Sequence record: OQ921332.1
Length of the DNA stretch: 64,000 nt
Strand: one strand, 5' to 3'
Source of the DNA: Escherichia phage vB_EcoP_PAS59
Shown: positions 14,396 to 24,011 of the stretch, in pieces
Layout of the letters: every line of letters begins with the position of its first letter
How positions within the stretch are numbered: the stretch's first letter is position 1
Notes under the pieces: generated by a model
Told to the model about the DNA's origin: nothing
What the model saw: the letters and a program-made list of their open reading frames with translations, nothing else
Databases searched by the model: none
Translations under genes and position numbers: made by a program

Positions 14396-14420
14396 GGCTC
14401 TCTTAGGAGAGTCCTTTTTT
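14396..14420 (+). terminator. Rho-independent terminator
   Basis: GGCTCTC-TTAG-GAGAGTCC followed by TTTTTT. Confidence 0.7.
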
Positions 14421-14440
14421 AAGTTCAAAGAAGAGGTTGT

Positions 14441-14608
14441 ATGGATAATAAGTTGAAAGCTAAATTCTTATTGGCAGCAATCTTTATTTGCTTAGCCACT
14501 GTAGGGTTTGTCAGGATGTACTCTTTTGCATCTTGTGAATTAAGCAAGAATGATAGAGGGTCTTACAACTGGCTAACCAATCAATGTGACAAACAGGAGA
14601 AGTTATGA
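14441..14608 (+). CDS. Small membrane or exported protein (55 aa)
   Basis: My translation: MDNKLKAKFLLAAIFICLATVGFVRMYSFASCELSKNDRGSYNWLTNQCDKQEKL; ATGA overlap with the next gene. Confidence 0.45.
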   Translation: MDNKLKAKFLLAAIFICLATVGFVRMYSFASCELSKNDRGSYNWLTNQCDKQEKL

Positions 14609-14967
14609 ACCTACGCCCCATTAAAGGCCATGTGAACCTGTCTACGCTTCATAAAGTAGCAAATGATTTAGGTGGTATGGATGAGAATGATTTGGAGCAG
14701 AATTTGCTCTGGATTGCTAATGGCATCAAGGCGGCAAAGGCCAAAATGGCTCGTGCACAAGGTAAACTAAAAGCGAATAAATATCTTATTCGTCGTCGTA
14801 ATGTCTTGCCTCAGGATGTGGTGAGTTTAGCTTTATCGGGATATAAAGCGGCAGAGTTAGAACTTCAGGAAGCTGAATTTGAAAAGATGCGCTTCCAAGA
14901 GAACTATCGAAACTTCCGTAGTATTGACTACATTCGCAAATCTCTGGGCCTTCTGGTATCAGAGTAA
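14605..14967 (+). CDS. Hypothetical coiled-coil protein
   Basis: ORF; GGAGAAG RBS. Confidence 0.65.
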   Translation: MNLRPIKGHVNLSTLHKVANDLGGMDENDLEQNLLWIANGIKAAKAKMARAQGKLKANKYLIRRRNVLPQDVVSLALSGYKAAELELQEAEFEKMRFQENYRNFRSIDYIRKSLGLLVSE

Positions 14968-14977
14968 AGAGGTAAAA

Positions 14978-16195
14978 ATGTTCCCTGTAACACTTCAAAG
15001 CTGGAAAGAATCAGAAGACGTTGTAACTGTTTGGCCTCCTTGTTATGGTTTCCTGAAAGCAGGTTACTATCAGGGTGGTGATTATGATGAAGATGAAGAT
15101 GGTTATCCTGACTACTACAACGCATATGACAGCAATTTTGGCTGGAATATCCGTATTAAGGTGTGGAGTGAGGGTATGATGGTTCGTCAAGGCACTGCTG
15201 AAGAGAATGTTCTCGAAAACATGATGCCTATGTCCGAAATCAAGTACATCTGGAACTCTGGTACACACCTTCCCGCTTATGGTGTAAAACGTTATGGCGA
15301 TAAAGAGCCTATTACCACTCAGTATTTCCGCGAAGGGTTGGAGAATGGAGACCCTCGTCCTCCGTCTCATGTAGAAACATGGGCAGAAGAAAACAACCGT
15401 CCTGATATTACTGATCGCGCTGTAATGGAAACCTTTGAAGCATTCATGGATAAAGACCTCGATTCATGTCTGGTGTGGCATGAAGCAGGATTCATGGGTG
15501 TTTGTACTGATGGTTGTCCTGCTGATCGCGCTCTGTTCTATCTGATGCTGAATCGCACATTCTATACAGATGATGAAAAATCTGCTGTGTATGAAATGTT
15601 GAACAAGATGTATAAGAAGGGCTGGTCTCCTTTAGCCTCTCTTGCATTCAGCCGACTGATCAACTCTTCAGTGGATGTGTTCGGTAACGAACGTGTTGCT
15701 TTAACAGGGAATGATTACGATTCCTGTATCTTCCAAGCATCTCTGTATACAGTGGGTGTTGGCAGTACAATGGTTGAACCTCGCCAGACCAAGTGGCGAC
15801 AGTGTGAATACACCGAAGGTGAAGGGCATCTTCGTGATGAAGACTTCCCCAGTCTGCTCTACCGTAGTGAAGGTGTGCGAGACTGTCGAGTGAATAACTC
15901 AATGTTCTTACCAATCCTTCTTCCTCAGTATTGCAATCTGCCGAATGGTGAACGTCCGGTCATCACAGAGAAGTCACTCTTGGTTGAATTTATCCGAGAA
16001 GTAGCTGAATCTGAAACATCTTTTGATAAAATTGTGTTCGGTTATAACTGGAACAATGAAACAGCTTCAGCTCGAAGCTACAACACGTATAACATTATCA
16101 GTAGTATGTCCAATGGACTGACAGGTAGTAATTATACAGTACGTCCCTCAGAAGAGTGGGAAAACATTTTGGAAAAATTATTCTTCAATAAATAG
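14978..16195 (+). CDS. Conserved protein of the amidoligase operon (405 aa), unknown function
   Basis: Internal ATG of ORF 14879..16195 after AAAGAGG. Confidence 0.75.
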   Translation: MFPVTLQSWKESEDVVTVWPPCYGFLKAGYYQGGDYDEDEDGYPDYYNAYDSNFGWNIRIKVWSEGMMVRQGTAEENVLENMMPMSEIKYIWNSGTHLPAYGVKRYGDKEPITTQYFREGLENGDPRPPSHVETWAEENNRPDITDRAVMETFEAFMDKDLDSCLVWHEAGFMGVCTDGCPADRALFYLMLNRTFYTDDEKSAVYEMLNKMYKKGWSPLASLAFSRLINSSVDVFGNERVALTGNDYDSCIFQASLYTVGVGSTMVEPRQTKWRQCEYTEGEGHLRDEDFPSLLYRSEGVRDCRVNNSMFLPILLPQYCNLPNGERPVITEKSLLVEFIREVAESETSFDKIVFGYNWNNETASARSYNTYNIISSMSNGLTGSNYTVRPSEEWENILEKLFFNK

Positions 16196-16203
16196 AGGCG
16201 AAT

Positions 16204-17154
16204 ATGTCAATCTCCGCATCGATTGCTCCGGTAACACCGGCAGAGGATTTCGGTGAGTCAGTGTTTAAAGGAAGGGCTTGCTTTGGTACTTTTAACTGTA
16301 TGCACATGTACTCTGTTACAGACATTAATGGCGACAGTCTTAGACAAACAAACCTTCGTGATAGAACTTCAGAAATTGAAGTTATTAACTTCTGGCCTCA
16401 CAATTTTTATGGCGTACCGTCTAAAGATATCGAAAGAGCTTTAGTTGAAGCAACAGACATTTTTAACTCAATGTCTTGCTATAAAGATATGTTCTCTGTC
16501 ACTTCGGTGAACTCTATTGCCGTGAACCTTCGAAACCATCCAGCAGACAAGGTGTTTACTGGACTAATGACCATCCGTAGCTATTTGGATGGTGATTTTA
16601 ATGGAATGGAGTTCCTTCAGGAAGGCGTACAAGACAAGGAAGAGTTGCTTAAGCGACAACGAATCGGTTTAGCTCTACGCCTAGCTGGTTTAAGTCGTAA
16701 CTTCTTTGGTCGCTGGTGTTATAGTAATGACGTAGACTCAACTGATGAGTCAGCAGCGACTTATTTTGATGGTGACATGAGTGCAATTGCATTTCTGCCA
16801 CTAATTTGCACCACTGATGAATTTTCTGAAAACGTATGGGTTCAGAATGTGTTCGGTGTTGATGATAACCGAGATGGTTATGTACGAAACCATAATGATG
16901 GAGTTCTCCGTCGTATGGCACGTCGTCGTGACCAAGACCCTGACCATTATGAGAGTATGAGTGAGTGGTTGCGTCTCTGGTCAACTTGTGCAGGTCACAA
17001 GCGAGAAGTATTAGATCAGCGTATGGACAGAATTACTGTTCGCAGTTTTATTGAACGTCTGATGCAAGCAGTACCTTCCTCAATGACACCAGAAGAAGCT
17101 GGTGCCCGTGTTGTTTCCCTTTTTGATGAACTCGTGGAGTATTACAATGACTAA
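16204..17154 (+). CDS. Conserved protein of the amidoligase operon (316 aa), unknown function
   Basis: ORF; overlaps the next start. Confidence 0.75.
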   Translation: MSISASIAPVTPAEDFGESVFKGRACFGTFNCMHMYSVTDINGDSLRQTNLRDRTSEIEVINFWPHNFYGVPSKDIERALVEATDIFNSMSCYKDMFSVTSVNSIAVNLRNHPADKVFTGLMTIRSYLDGDFNGMEFLQEGVQDKEELLKRQRIGLALRLAGLSRNFFGRWCYSNDVDSTDESAATYFDGDMSAIAFLPLICTTDEFSENVWVQNVFGVDDNRDGYVRNHNDGVLRRMARRRDQDPDHYESMSEWLRLWSTCAGHKREVLDQRMDRITVRSFIERLMQAVPSSMTPEEAGARVVSLFDELVEYYND

Positions 17155-17953
17155 GCGCGCTTTCCTTATTGGCTCTGACCCTGAAATGTTTGTTCGTACT
17201 GCTTCCGGTATTATCACCTCTGTGGCTGGTAAGCTGGGCTGTTCTAAAGATAATAAAATTGATCTGGCTCCTGATGTTCGTCTTCAAGAAGACAACGTTC
17301 TGGCTGAATTCGATATTAACCCACAGAAAGGGTTTGAAGCGTTTGATGATAATATTCAGCGTGGTATTGATCTGACTAACAAAGTTCTCAATGAACGTGG
17401 CATGGAGGCAGCACTTGGGATTAGCTCTCATGTGTTCACTTCAGAAGAACTTGAATCATTCCACCCGTCAGCTTTTGTATTTGGCTGTACTCCTGATTTC
17501 AATGCCTTCACTGGACAAAAGAACCCTTCACCAGTCGCAACCGATAAGGGTTTGCGTACTGCTGGGGGTCATGTGCACCTTGGTGTCTCCGGGACTTTAG
17601 AGATTACTCGACAAACTCAAATGATGTTGGGTGTGTTATGTGATTACTTCCTGTCCTTGCCAGCTGTGATCATGGATAAAGACACTCGTCGTAAAGAGTT
17701 GTACGGAAAGGCTTCTGCCATTCGCTACAAAGATTACGGTATTGAATATCGTTCTCTTTCTAACTTCTGGATTGGTGATAAGTCCACTCGCAAGTTTGTT
17801 TACGAGCAAGTGGATAAGGTTGTTCAGGGTTGTGATATGGAAGTGTTGATGTCACTTCACTCTCGCCTTCCAATTGAAAAGCTTCATAACATCATCAACA
17901 GCAACGATGTTAAAGAAGCGGATAAATTCTCCTCTAAACTCCAGATTGTATAA
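17147..17953 (+). CDS. Putative COOH-NH2 ligase (phiEco32-like amidoligase type 2)
   Basis: FLIGSDPEMF...EFDINP...GCTPDFNAFTG...GGHVHLG...EYRSLSNFW pattern, recalled from the phage COOH-NH2 ligase family. Confidence 0.55.
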   Translation: MTKRAFLIGSDPEMFVRTASGIITSVAGKLGCSKDNKIDLAPDVRLQEDNVLAEFDINPQKGFEAFDDNIQRGIDLTNKVLNERGMEAALGISSHVFTSEELESFHPSAFVFGCTPDFNAFTGQKNPSPVATDKGLRTAGGHVHLGVSGTLEITRQTQMMLGVLCDYFLSLPAVIMDKDTRRKELYGKASAIRYKDYGIEYRSLSNFWIGDKSTRKFVYEQVDKVVQGCDMEVLMSLHSRLPIEKLHNIINSNDVKEADKFSSKLQIV

Positions 17954-17962
17954 GGTGATATT

Positions 17963-18589
17963 GTGAGCTTGTTAAGAGATTTTCAACACTATTATTGTGG
18001 AACATGGATTGCTCAGCGATCACCTGATGGTAAAAACCTCCCTCTATATGTGCTTGATGTTCGTCAGCAAGGTAACTTTGATATCGACGACTACTCACAC
18101 GACGCTGAAAGGTCTTTAGTGTTTGAGGCGGAACGCTGGACTAAAAACTCTGAAGGTCAGTTTGAACGTCAGATTGTTAGTAATATCCCAGTGTTTGATC
18201 ACAGCCTCATTCTAGAGTCTCCAGATGTAGGATACCTTCAGCATGGTAATAACATGGTGAGCTGGACCCATATCAACCCTGTTCGTCAGCGAGCTAAAGG
18301 CTTGATGGGGAATAAACTTCGTGGTGCTGCACCTTCTCTCGGACGTTCGATTCCGGGTGATTTGGTGTACAACTTGTTTAATCCAGAGTTTGAAGGGTTG
18401 GTTACTCGTTTCATCTATATCAACCCTGTCGATGGAAAAGTGTATTACAAAGGGGCTTACGTTGGAAACGTGCTTCTTGAAGCTGGCTATGGCGACAACG
18501 GTCGCCAATCTTTAAACCTTCTGGAGAAGTTCAAGCACATTTCTTCAGACCTGTCATCATATAATGTAGAGTTGGTGGAATCACTATGA
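17963..18589 (+). CDS. Conserved protein of the amidoligase operon (208 aa), unknown function
   Basis: GTG start after AAGGTGA; ATGA-coupled to the next gene. Confidence 0.65.
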   Translation: MSLLRDFQHYYCGTWIAQRSPDGKNLPLYVLDVRQQGNFDIDDYSHDAERSLVFEAERWTKNSEGQFERQIVSNIPVFDHSLILESPDVGYLQHGNNMVSWTHINPVRQRAKGLMGNKLRGAAPSLGRSIPGDLVYNLFNPEFEGLVTRFIYINPVDGKVYYKGAYVGNVLLEAGYGDNGRQSLNLLEKFKHISSDLSSYNVELVESL

Positions 18590-19686
18590 CAACCGTAGCA
18601 CAAGTTTTTGGATACCGTAACCCTCGCTTATCTGAACCGCATCCAAGCATTGCTTTTCAGTGTGGTGTTGGTATTGAGTTAGAAGTCGAAGGTACTACTG
18701 ACATTGACGTTGATATGTGGGTTTGTACTGAAGACGGCTCTCTTCGTGATGGTTGTGAGTTAGTGTGTTCACGACCTTACAACGGTGAAGAATTACTTCG
18801 TGCTATTAACAATCTGAGTGAAGCAGTACAGGATTCTGGAGCCGAGGGGACTTGGCGCTGCTCCACTCACGTTCATATGGATATGCGGGACGCTGATAGT
18901 AATATCCTTAAGAAAGTTATTCTTGGGTGGACGTTCTATGAAAAGATGATGTTCAAATGTTCTGGATATCATCGTTACCGTAGTAACTTCTGCCCAGCTT
19001 TTGCTGTTGTTCAAGCTCAAGTTATGAATGCTTCATCAGCGTTCAACCGAGATGGGGAAGATTTCTTCCGTACTCTTGTTAATAGCTGGGACAAGTATAC
19101 CTCCCTTAACCTGTTGCCTCTATCTCAGTTTGGTTCTGTTGAGTTTCGTATTTCAGAGCCGAAGTGGAAAAAGAGTCAGCTGCTAAATCTGGTCAATCGC
19201 TTCTTGGTTCTCAAGAAACTGGCTGTTGAATATGCAGATTTAGATAATGAAGCTTATGTTGAGAAGTTGAATGAGCTGCGCTTCGCTCCTATGATTCAAC
19301 ATCTACCTCTAGACTATACTCCAAGAGATAGCGATCTCACTGAAGGGTATCGTCTTGCCCGTGATATTCTGTTCTGTCGTGAGCAATCTGTAACTTTGGT
19401 TGGTCGTGTTCGTGTGCAACAGACTGGCCCTGATGGTGAAGTCCTTATCAACTTACGTGACATGAATGACTTCTATGGTTTCTTGGGATATGTGCGCGGT
19501 AATGCCAACACTGTCTATGAAGAGATCATGACCTACTACACCCCTCAGATTGAAAGCACTCGAATCGCAACGGTTCGTGAAATTCGTCACATGTTTGCAT
19601 TGATGCGTGAATCAGGTAGCAGTGATAATAACATCACTGATTACATTCCAGACCATCTGGAAATGCAATTAGAACGACTGCTGTAA
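18586..19686 (+). CDS. Putative amidoligase (glutamine-synthetase-like COOH-NH2 ligase fold)
   Basis: GVGIELEVEG...EDGSLRDGCELV...STHVHMD...GSVEFRI motifs typical of the Amidoligase_2 family. Confidence 0.6.
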   Translation: MTTVAQVFGYRNPRLSEPHPSIAFQCGVGIELEVEGTTDIDVDMWVCTEDGSLRDGCELVCSRPYNGEELLRAINNLSEAVQDSGAEGTWRCSTHVHMDMRDADSNILKKVILGWTFYEKMMFKCSGYHRYRSNFCPAFAVVQAQVMNASSAFNRDGEDFFRTLVNSWDKYTSLNLLPLSQFGSVEFRISEPKWKKSQLLNLVNRFLVLKKLAVEYADLDNEAYVEKLNELRFAPMIQHLPLDYTPRDSDLTEGYRLARDILFCREQSVTLVGRVRVQQTGPDGEVLINLRDMNDFYGFLGYVRGNANTVYEEIMTYYTPQIESTRIATVREIRHMFALMRESGSSDNNITDYIPDHLEMQLERLL

Positions 19687-19763
19687 CACAATGGGCGCTC
19701 TGATAAAGGGCGCATTTAAAGGTTAATTAGATGAAAGGGTTTACCCTTCAGGTGGATTAGAAA

Positions 19764-21797
19764 ATTTGTGGTATCGTATTAGCTGGCGGCAACATGACCT
19801 CAACAGATTTGGATATTTTCAACCAACTTCTGTATGCTGGTGTTTTCCGTGGACAGCACTCAACTGGTGTGTTTGGTCAGCGTAAAGGTGAAAAGCAAGT
19901 CTTCTCTTATAAAGAAGCTCTTCCTTCTTATGCTTTTATGCTCCAGACAGAATATACAAATATTACCAAAGGGCTTACGAACTACGTAGTTCCTCCTTCG
20001 TGGATTGTTGGTCACAGCCGACATGCCACTCGTGGGGCTGTCAATGCTCGAAATGCTCACCCATTTACTCACGGGGATATTACTCTGGTTCATAATGGAA
20101 CCCTGTTAGATCAAGATCTCCTTCCTGACAGTAAGCGTTTCGAAGTTGATAGTGAAAACATCTGCCACTCAATTAATACCATTGGAGCAGCAGAGACTAT
20201 CCAAAAACTGGATGGTGCATTCACTTTGATTTGGCATGATGCTAAAGACAACACGCTTCACATTATCCGTAATGATGAGCGTCCTTTCCACCTAGCCCGT
20301 TGTGGTTTAGATTGGTTTGGGGCTTCTGAAGAAGCTATGCTTATGTGGATTTTAGAGCGTTCTAAATCCCACAAGAACCGTATCAATGACCACTTCGAAT
20401 GTAAAGTGGGAACTGAGTATATCTTTGATGTGTCTAACAGTCGTATGACTCTGGTTCAAGAGGTGGAGCACAAGCTTCCGGTTTTTACGATAACGAGTCG
20501 CTGGGGCGGCTATTACTCGAACTCCTCTCTATATCAGAACCGACAGACAAACAAATCAAGCAGCAGCACAAGCGACATTTACGGAAACAAAGACGACAAG
20601 CCCGGCGTGACAAGCGGAGACATTCGTCGTCGTAAAGCGATTGAAGACCAGAACAAACTGGCTGCCGATCGTGGTCTTCCTTATCGTCGTGATGGTCGTG
20701 TGGATATTATTCCTCACGAGTTCCATGCTTATAACAACACAGATCGTGGTAAGATGGTTGGTTACATCTACGACGATAAAGCCCAAGAGTATGTCGAAGG
20801 GGATGTTCACAACGTAGCCAAAGATGAATATCTTAAGGCTCTTGAAAACCCAAAGGTAGTATATCGCGGGACGATTGCTTGTATCTCCGAAGTGGACAGT
20901 ATGATTCGCCTCGTACTAACTTCAGGGCTGTTTGTTGATGCTACAGATAAGGAGCCTCAAAGCACTACTGCTGATTTTGATGATGATATCCCTTTTGATG
21001 CAGAGGACTCCTTCATCACTAAAAATGGTGTAGAAGTCACTCGTAAGTTCTGGGAATCTCACTCTCATGGAGATTGTGGTGGCTGTGATAAGCACATTGA
21101 CTGGAAAGATGCTCGTAAGGCTGTGTTTGCTTACCAAGCGTACTGGCATCCAGAATGCTTCGAAGCGTTGTCTAAAACCTCTGAAGAGGAAGAAGACGTA
21201 CCTTTGGGTGTATGTGCTGTCTGTGGTGAAGTCAAGACTGATTTCGAGTTTGACAACGAAATGAGTAAACTTCGTGGTGAAGATATTTGTTATATCTGCT
21301 CCAAAGAAATCAAAGATAAAGTAAAAAATGTTACTCTGTCTGAAGGTTATATTTGGACTAAAGCAGTAGACACAACTAATCCGCGTCGTCCTGAAGTGGC
21401 TGTTCGTGTTGATGAACGTATGCTTAGCCGTATGATTGTAATGGTCAGCTCAGCAAAACGTTCAGGGGATATTACACTCGCAGATGTTCCTAACTCATAT
21501 TTGGAAAAACGTGGTGGCGATACTTATGCCATTTCCGTTTACGGTCCAAAGAATGCCCCAAAGGAGGTACCCGCTGAGAAAGCGGAGACATTTCCAGAAA
21601 AATCAACCTCTCTCCGAAAAACAGTTGTCAGTTATGACGGACAACGAACAGCTGAGTTCACAAAAGCCCTCTGGACTTCAATTGGGTTTTGTGCAGTCTG
21701 TTATAAACAAATTCCGTGGCGTGATGCAGAAACTTGCTCACTAAACAAAGAAAATAGAGTGATCTGTAATTCAGATTACTGTAAAGGTAAACACTAA
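19764..21797 (+). CDS. Class-II (Ntn) glutamine amidotransferase with a C-terminal multi-Zn-ribbon extension; ATT initiation codon
   Basis: In-frame (ATT)CGIVLAGGN... precedes the ATG at 19794; stop TAG at 19758-60; AGGTGGA lies 7 nt upstream of the ATT; GHSRHATRG, HPF and LVHNG motifs. Confidence 0.7.
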   Translation: MCGIVLAGGNMTSTDLDIFNQLLYAGVFRGQHSTGVFGQRKGEKQVFSYKEALPSYAFMLQTEYTNITKGLTNYVVPPSWIVGHSRHATRGAVNARNAHPFTHGDITLVHNGTLLDQDLLPDSKRFEVDSENICHSINTIGAAETIQKLDGAFTLIWHDAKDNTLHIIRNDERPFHLARCGLDWFGASEEAMLMWILERSKSHKNRINDHFECKVGTEYIFDVSNSRMTLVQEVEHKLPVFTITSRWGGYYSNSSLYQNRQTNKSSSSTSDIYGNKDDKPGVTSGDIRRRKAIEDQNKLAADRGLPYRRDGRVDIIPHEFHAYNNTDRGKMVGYIYDDKAQEYVEGDVHNVAKDEYLKALENPKVVYRGTIACISEVDSMIRLVLTSGLFVDATDKEPQSTTADFDDDIPFDAEDSFITKNGVEVTRKFWESHSHGDCGGCDKHIDWKDARKAVFAYQAYWHPECFEALSKTSEEEEDVPLGVCAVCGEVKTDFEFDNEMSKLRGEDICYICSKEIKDKVKNVTLSEGYIWTKAVDTTNPRRPEVAVRVDERMLSRMIVMVSSAKRSGDITLADVPNSYLEKRGGDTYAISVYGPKNAPKEVPAEKAETFPEKSTSLRKTVVSYDGQRTAEFTKALWTSIGFCAVCYKQIPWRDAETCSLNKENRVICNSDYCKGKH

Positions 21798-21808
21798 GAG
21801 GTATAGTT

Positions 21809-22042
21809 ATGGAAGTTCGTAAACTGATGTTGGATAACGTGGTAACTACCCGTCGTATTCCGATGACAAGCACAGGATGTGATAACCTCCGAGCAATTCA
21901 GAAGTGGATGCAAGAAGGTATTGGGAAGCTGGTTGACTCTCCAGTAGAAATCCCTTTTCCAACCGTTATCAATAACGTGTTGGCTGACTATGTTAAAATG
22001 AAGGGGATTAAAGTTGAGCCTCATGTCAAGCAAGGGAGCTAA
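21809..22042 (+). CDS. Hypothetical protein
   Basis: ORF after AGAGG. Confidence 0.6.
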   Translation: MEVRKLMLDNVVTTRRIPMTSTGCDNLRAIQKWMQEGIGKLVDSPVEIPFPTVINNVLADYVKMKGIKVEPHVKQGS

Positions 22043-22244
22043 GCCTCACCTGACAATGCTGGAGTATCAACAACTCCGACTTCAACAACTGGTAACGGAG
22101 CAGCGAAAGCTGTATCCGTTTGCTTTTAACTTAATCGACTCTCCAAGTGATGCCCAAGAAGACGAAATGTTCGCCGAGTATTGGGCAATCGAAGCTAAAA
22201 TTCAATCCTGTCGTAACGAAATTCTTAAACTAAAAGGTATCTAA
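22014..22244 (+). CDS. Hypothetical protein (start uncertain; ATG 22056 possible)
   Basis: ORF bridging to the ATP-grasp gene. Confidence 0.45.
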   Translation: MSLMSSKGAKPHLTMLEYQQLRLQQLVTEQRKLYPFAFNLIDSPSDAQEDEMFAEYWAIEAKIQSCRNEILKLKGI

Positions 22245-22246
22245 AA

Positions 22247-23494
22247 ATGACTACTCGTATCCGTGTTCTTCCGTATGGCCCGTCTGATTCTGTTAACGCT
22301 CTGGTATCTGCTATCAGTGATACTATCCGTGATGAACGTATCAACGCTAACATAATGGGTCTTCTTTCAGAGAACAGTCGCTGGCGTTCTCGTGAGGATG
22401 ATGTGGTTGTGAACTACGGGAACCGTCGCTATCCTGAATCCTTCTTTGGTTCTGCAACTGTCCTTAACCGTACCGCAGCCTTACATATGGCAGCGAACAA
22501 ACGTCGTGCTTTCAGCGTGATGGACCAAGCAGGTGTTAAAACTGTTGAGTATACAGATGTTCAAGAGATTGCTCAGGAGTGGTCAAACTCTGGCAACATT
22601 GTGTATGAACGTCATGAACTGACTGGTCACTCTGGTTCGGGTATCGTTGTTGTTGAGCCTCGTGATTCAATTGGTCAAGCTGAACTGTACACCAAAGGTA
22701 TTCAAGGTCCACGTCGTGAATGGCGTGTCCATGTGTTCAAAGGTGTTATCACCTATGTTCAGAAGAAGATTCGTCGTAACGGCTATCGTGAAGACCCTAA
22801 CTATCGTGAAGATGTTCGTAACCATCACACTGGTTGGGTTTACTCAAGTTCCTTCACAGACGCTCCAAATGATGCATCTCTGATCAACGCAGTGAAGGCC
22901 GTTGAATCGATGGGTCTGGATTTTGGTGCAGTTGATATCATTACCAAAGGCCGAGAAGCATGGGTACTGGAAGTTAACACAGCACCGGGCCTGACTGGTA
23001 CAACTCTGGATATCTACCGTCACAACATCCTTGAGTTTGTTAAAGCTCAAAATCCTCTCTATACTCCTCAGTATAAAGTGGGTTACCAGACTCCTGTTGA
23101 AGCTCCAATCGAAGACGGAGATGGAGAGTTGGTAGATGACAGCGAAAGCGCTAATGATGAAAACTTTGCACTGGAAGGTCAGGTAGCACAGCCGGTTGAG
23201 TTGGTAGATGTAGTTCCTGAAGAGATGCAACTGGAAGGTCAGATGAATACTCAAACTATTCGTAATGCACCTACTGGTTACACTTTATCTCGTGGTTATT
23301 GGATTGCAGATATCCGTCATGTCCATAACAACCTGCAACCGAATGCAATGTCTTCCAATGTCATTTTGTTCTGTGATGGTCGTAACTTCTACCGTAGTGG
23401 CTGGAACGTTCCGGTCAATCCAGTCCAGATTCATAACCCTCGCAAGTTAGAATCTGTCAATGTTGAAGGTAGCGAAGTAGCAGTAACTCTGTAA
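22247..23494 (+). CDS. ATP-grasp (RimK-like) ligase with a C-terminal extension
   Basis: ELTGHSGSGIVVV...EWRVHVFKG...FGAVDIIT...AWVLEVNTAPGL, typical ATP-grasp motifs. Confidence 0.75.
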   Translation: MTTRIRVLPYGPSDSVNALVSAISDTIRDERINANIMGLLSENSRWRSREDDVVVNYGNRRYPESFFGSATVLNRTAALHMAANKRRAFSVMDQAGVKTVEYTDVQEIAQEWSNSGNIVYERHELTGHSGSGIVVVEPRDSIGQAELYTKGIQGPRREWRVHVFKGVITYVQKKIRRNGYREDPNYREDVRNHHTGWVYSSSFTDAPNDASLINAVKAVESMGLDFGAVDIITKGREAWVLEVNTAPGLTGTTLDIYRHNILEFVKAQNPLYTPQYKVGYQTPVEAPIEDGDGELVDDSESANDENFALEGQVAQPVELVDVVPEEMQLEGQMNTQTIRNAPTGYTLSRGYWIADIRHVHNNLQPNAMSSNVILFCDGRNFYRSGWNVPVNPVQIHNPRKLESVNVEGSEVAVTL

Positions 23495-23520
23495 TTAAAT
23501 TAAACAAAAAGGAATTTGTA

Positions 23521-23763
23521 ATGTTGTCTATCGAAGATTTGATCAGCCGTGGAATGACCGAAGAAAAAGAGCCTCTGATTGTAGGCTCTCGTAAAGCTAT
23601 CAACCAACTCTGTGAAGAGTTCGGTATCACAAATAAGAGAATGATTGGTAATCAGTTCTCTGCAATCATCACCTTCCTCAAACGAGGTGATAAATATTCA
23701 ATGGAAAGTGCTGAGCGTATCATCGCAATTGCACAAGCAGATAAGGGAGTAACAAGTCTGTGA
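23521..23763 (+). CDS. Hypothetical protein
   Basis: ORF after AAAGGAA. Confidence 0.6.
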   Translation: MLSIEDLISRGMTEEKEPLIVGSRKAINQLCEEFGITNKRMIGNQFSAIITFLKRGDKYSMESAERIIAIAQADKGVTSL

Positions 23764-23945
23764 ATAAATATACAATCATGTTTCGTACAGTAACATCAGA
23801 AGGGAATATTCAATCTCTGGATATTCAAGCAGACCGCTTTGAATCACTTGGAACAAATGTCAATTTCTTCCGAGGCGCAGAGCTAGTAGGTACGTTCCAA
23901 TCTGATGTATTAACTGGTGTGATCAAACACTTCGAAGTAGAATAA
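23760..23945 (+). CDS. Hypothetical protein
   Basis: GTG start overlapping the previous stop. Confidence 0.5.
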   Translation: MNKYTIMFRTVTSEGNIQSLDIQADRFESLGTNVNFFRGAELVGTFQSDVLTGVIKHFEVE

Positions 23946-24011
23946 TTTGCTTTAGCCTCTTCGAAAGAGGAGGCTAGTTCGAATTTAACTGAAACACTAA
24001 AAGGTAATATA

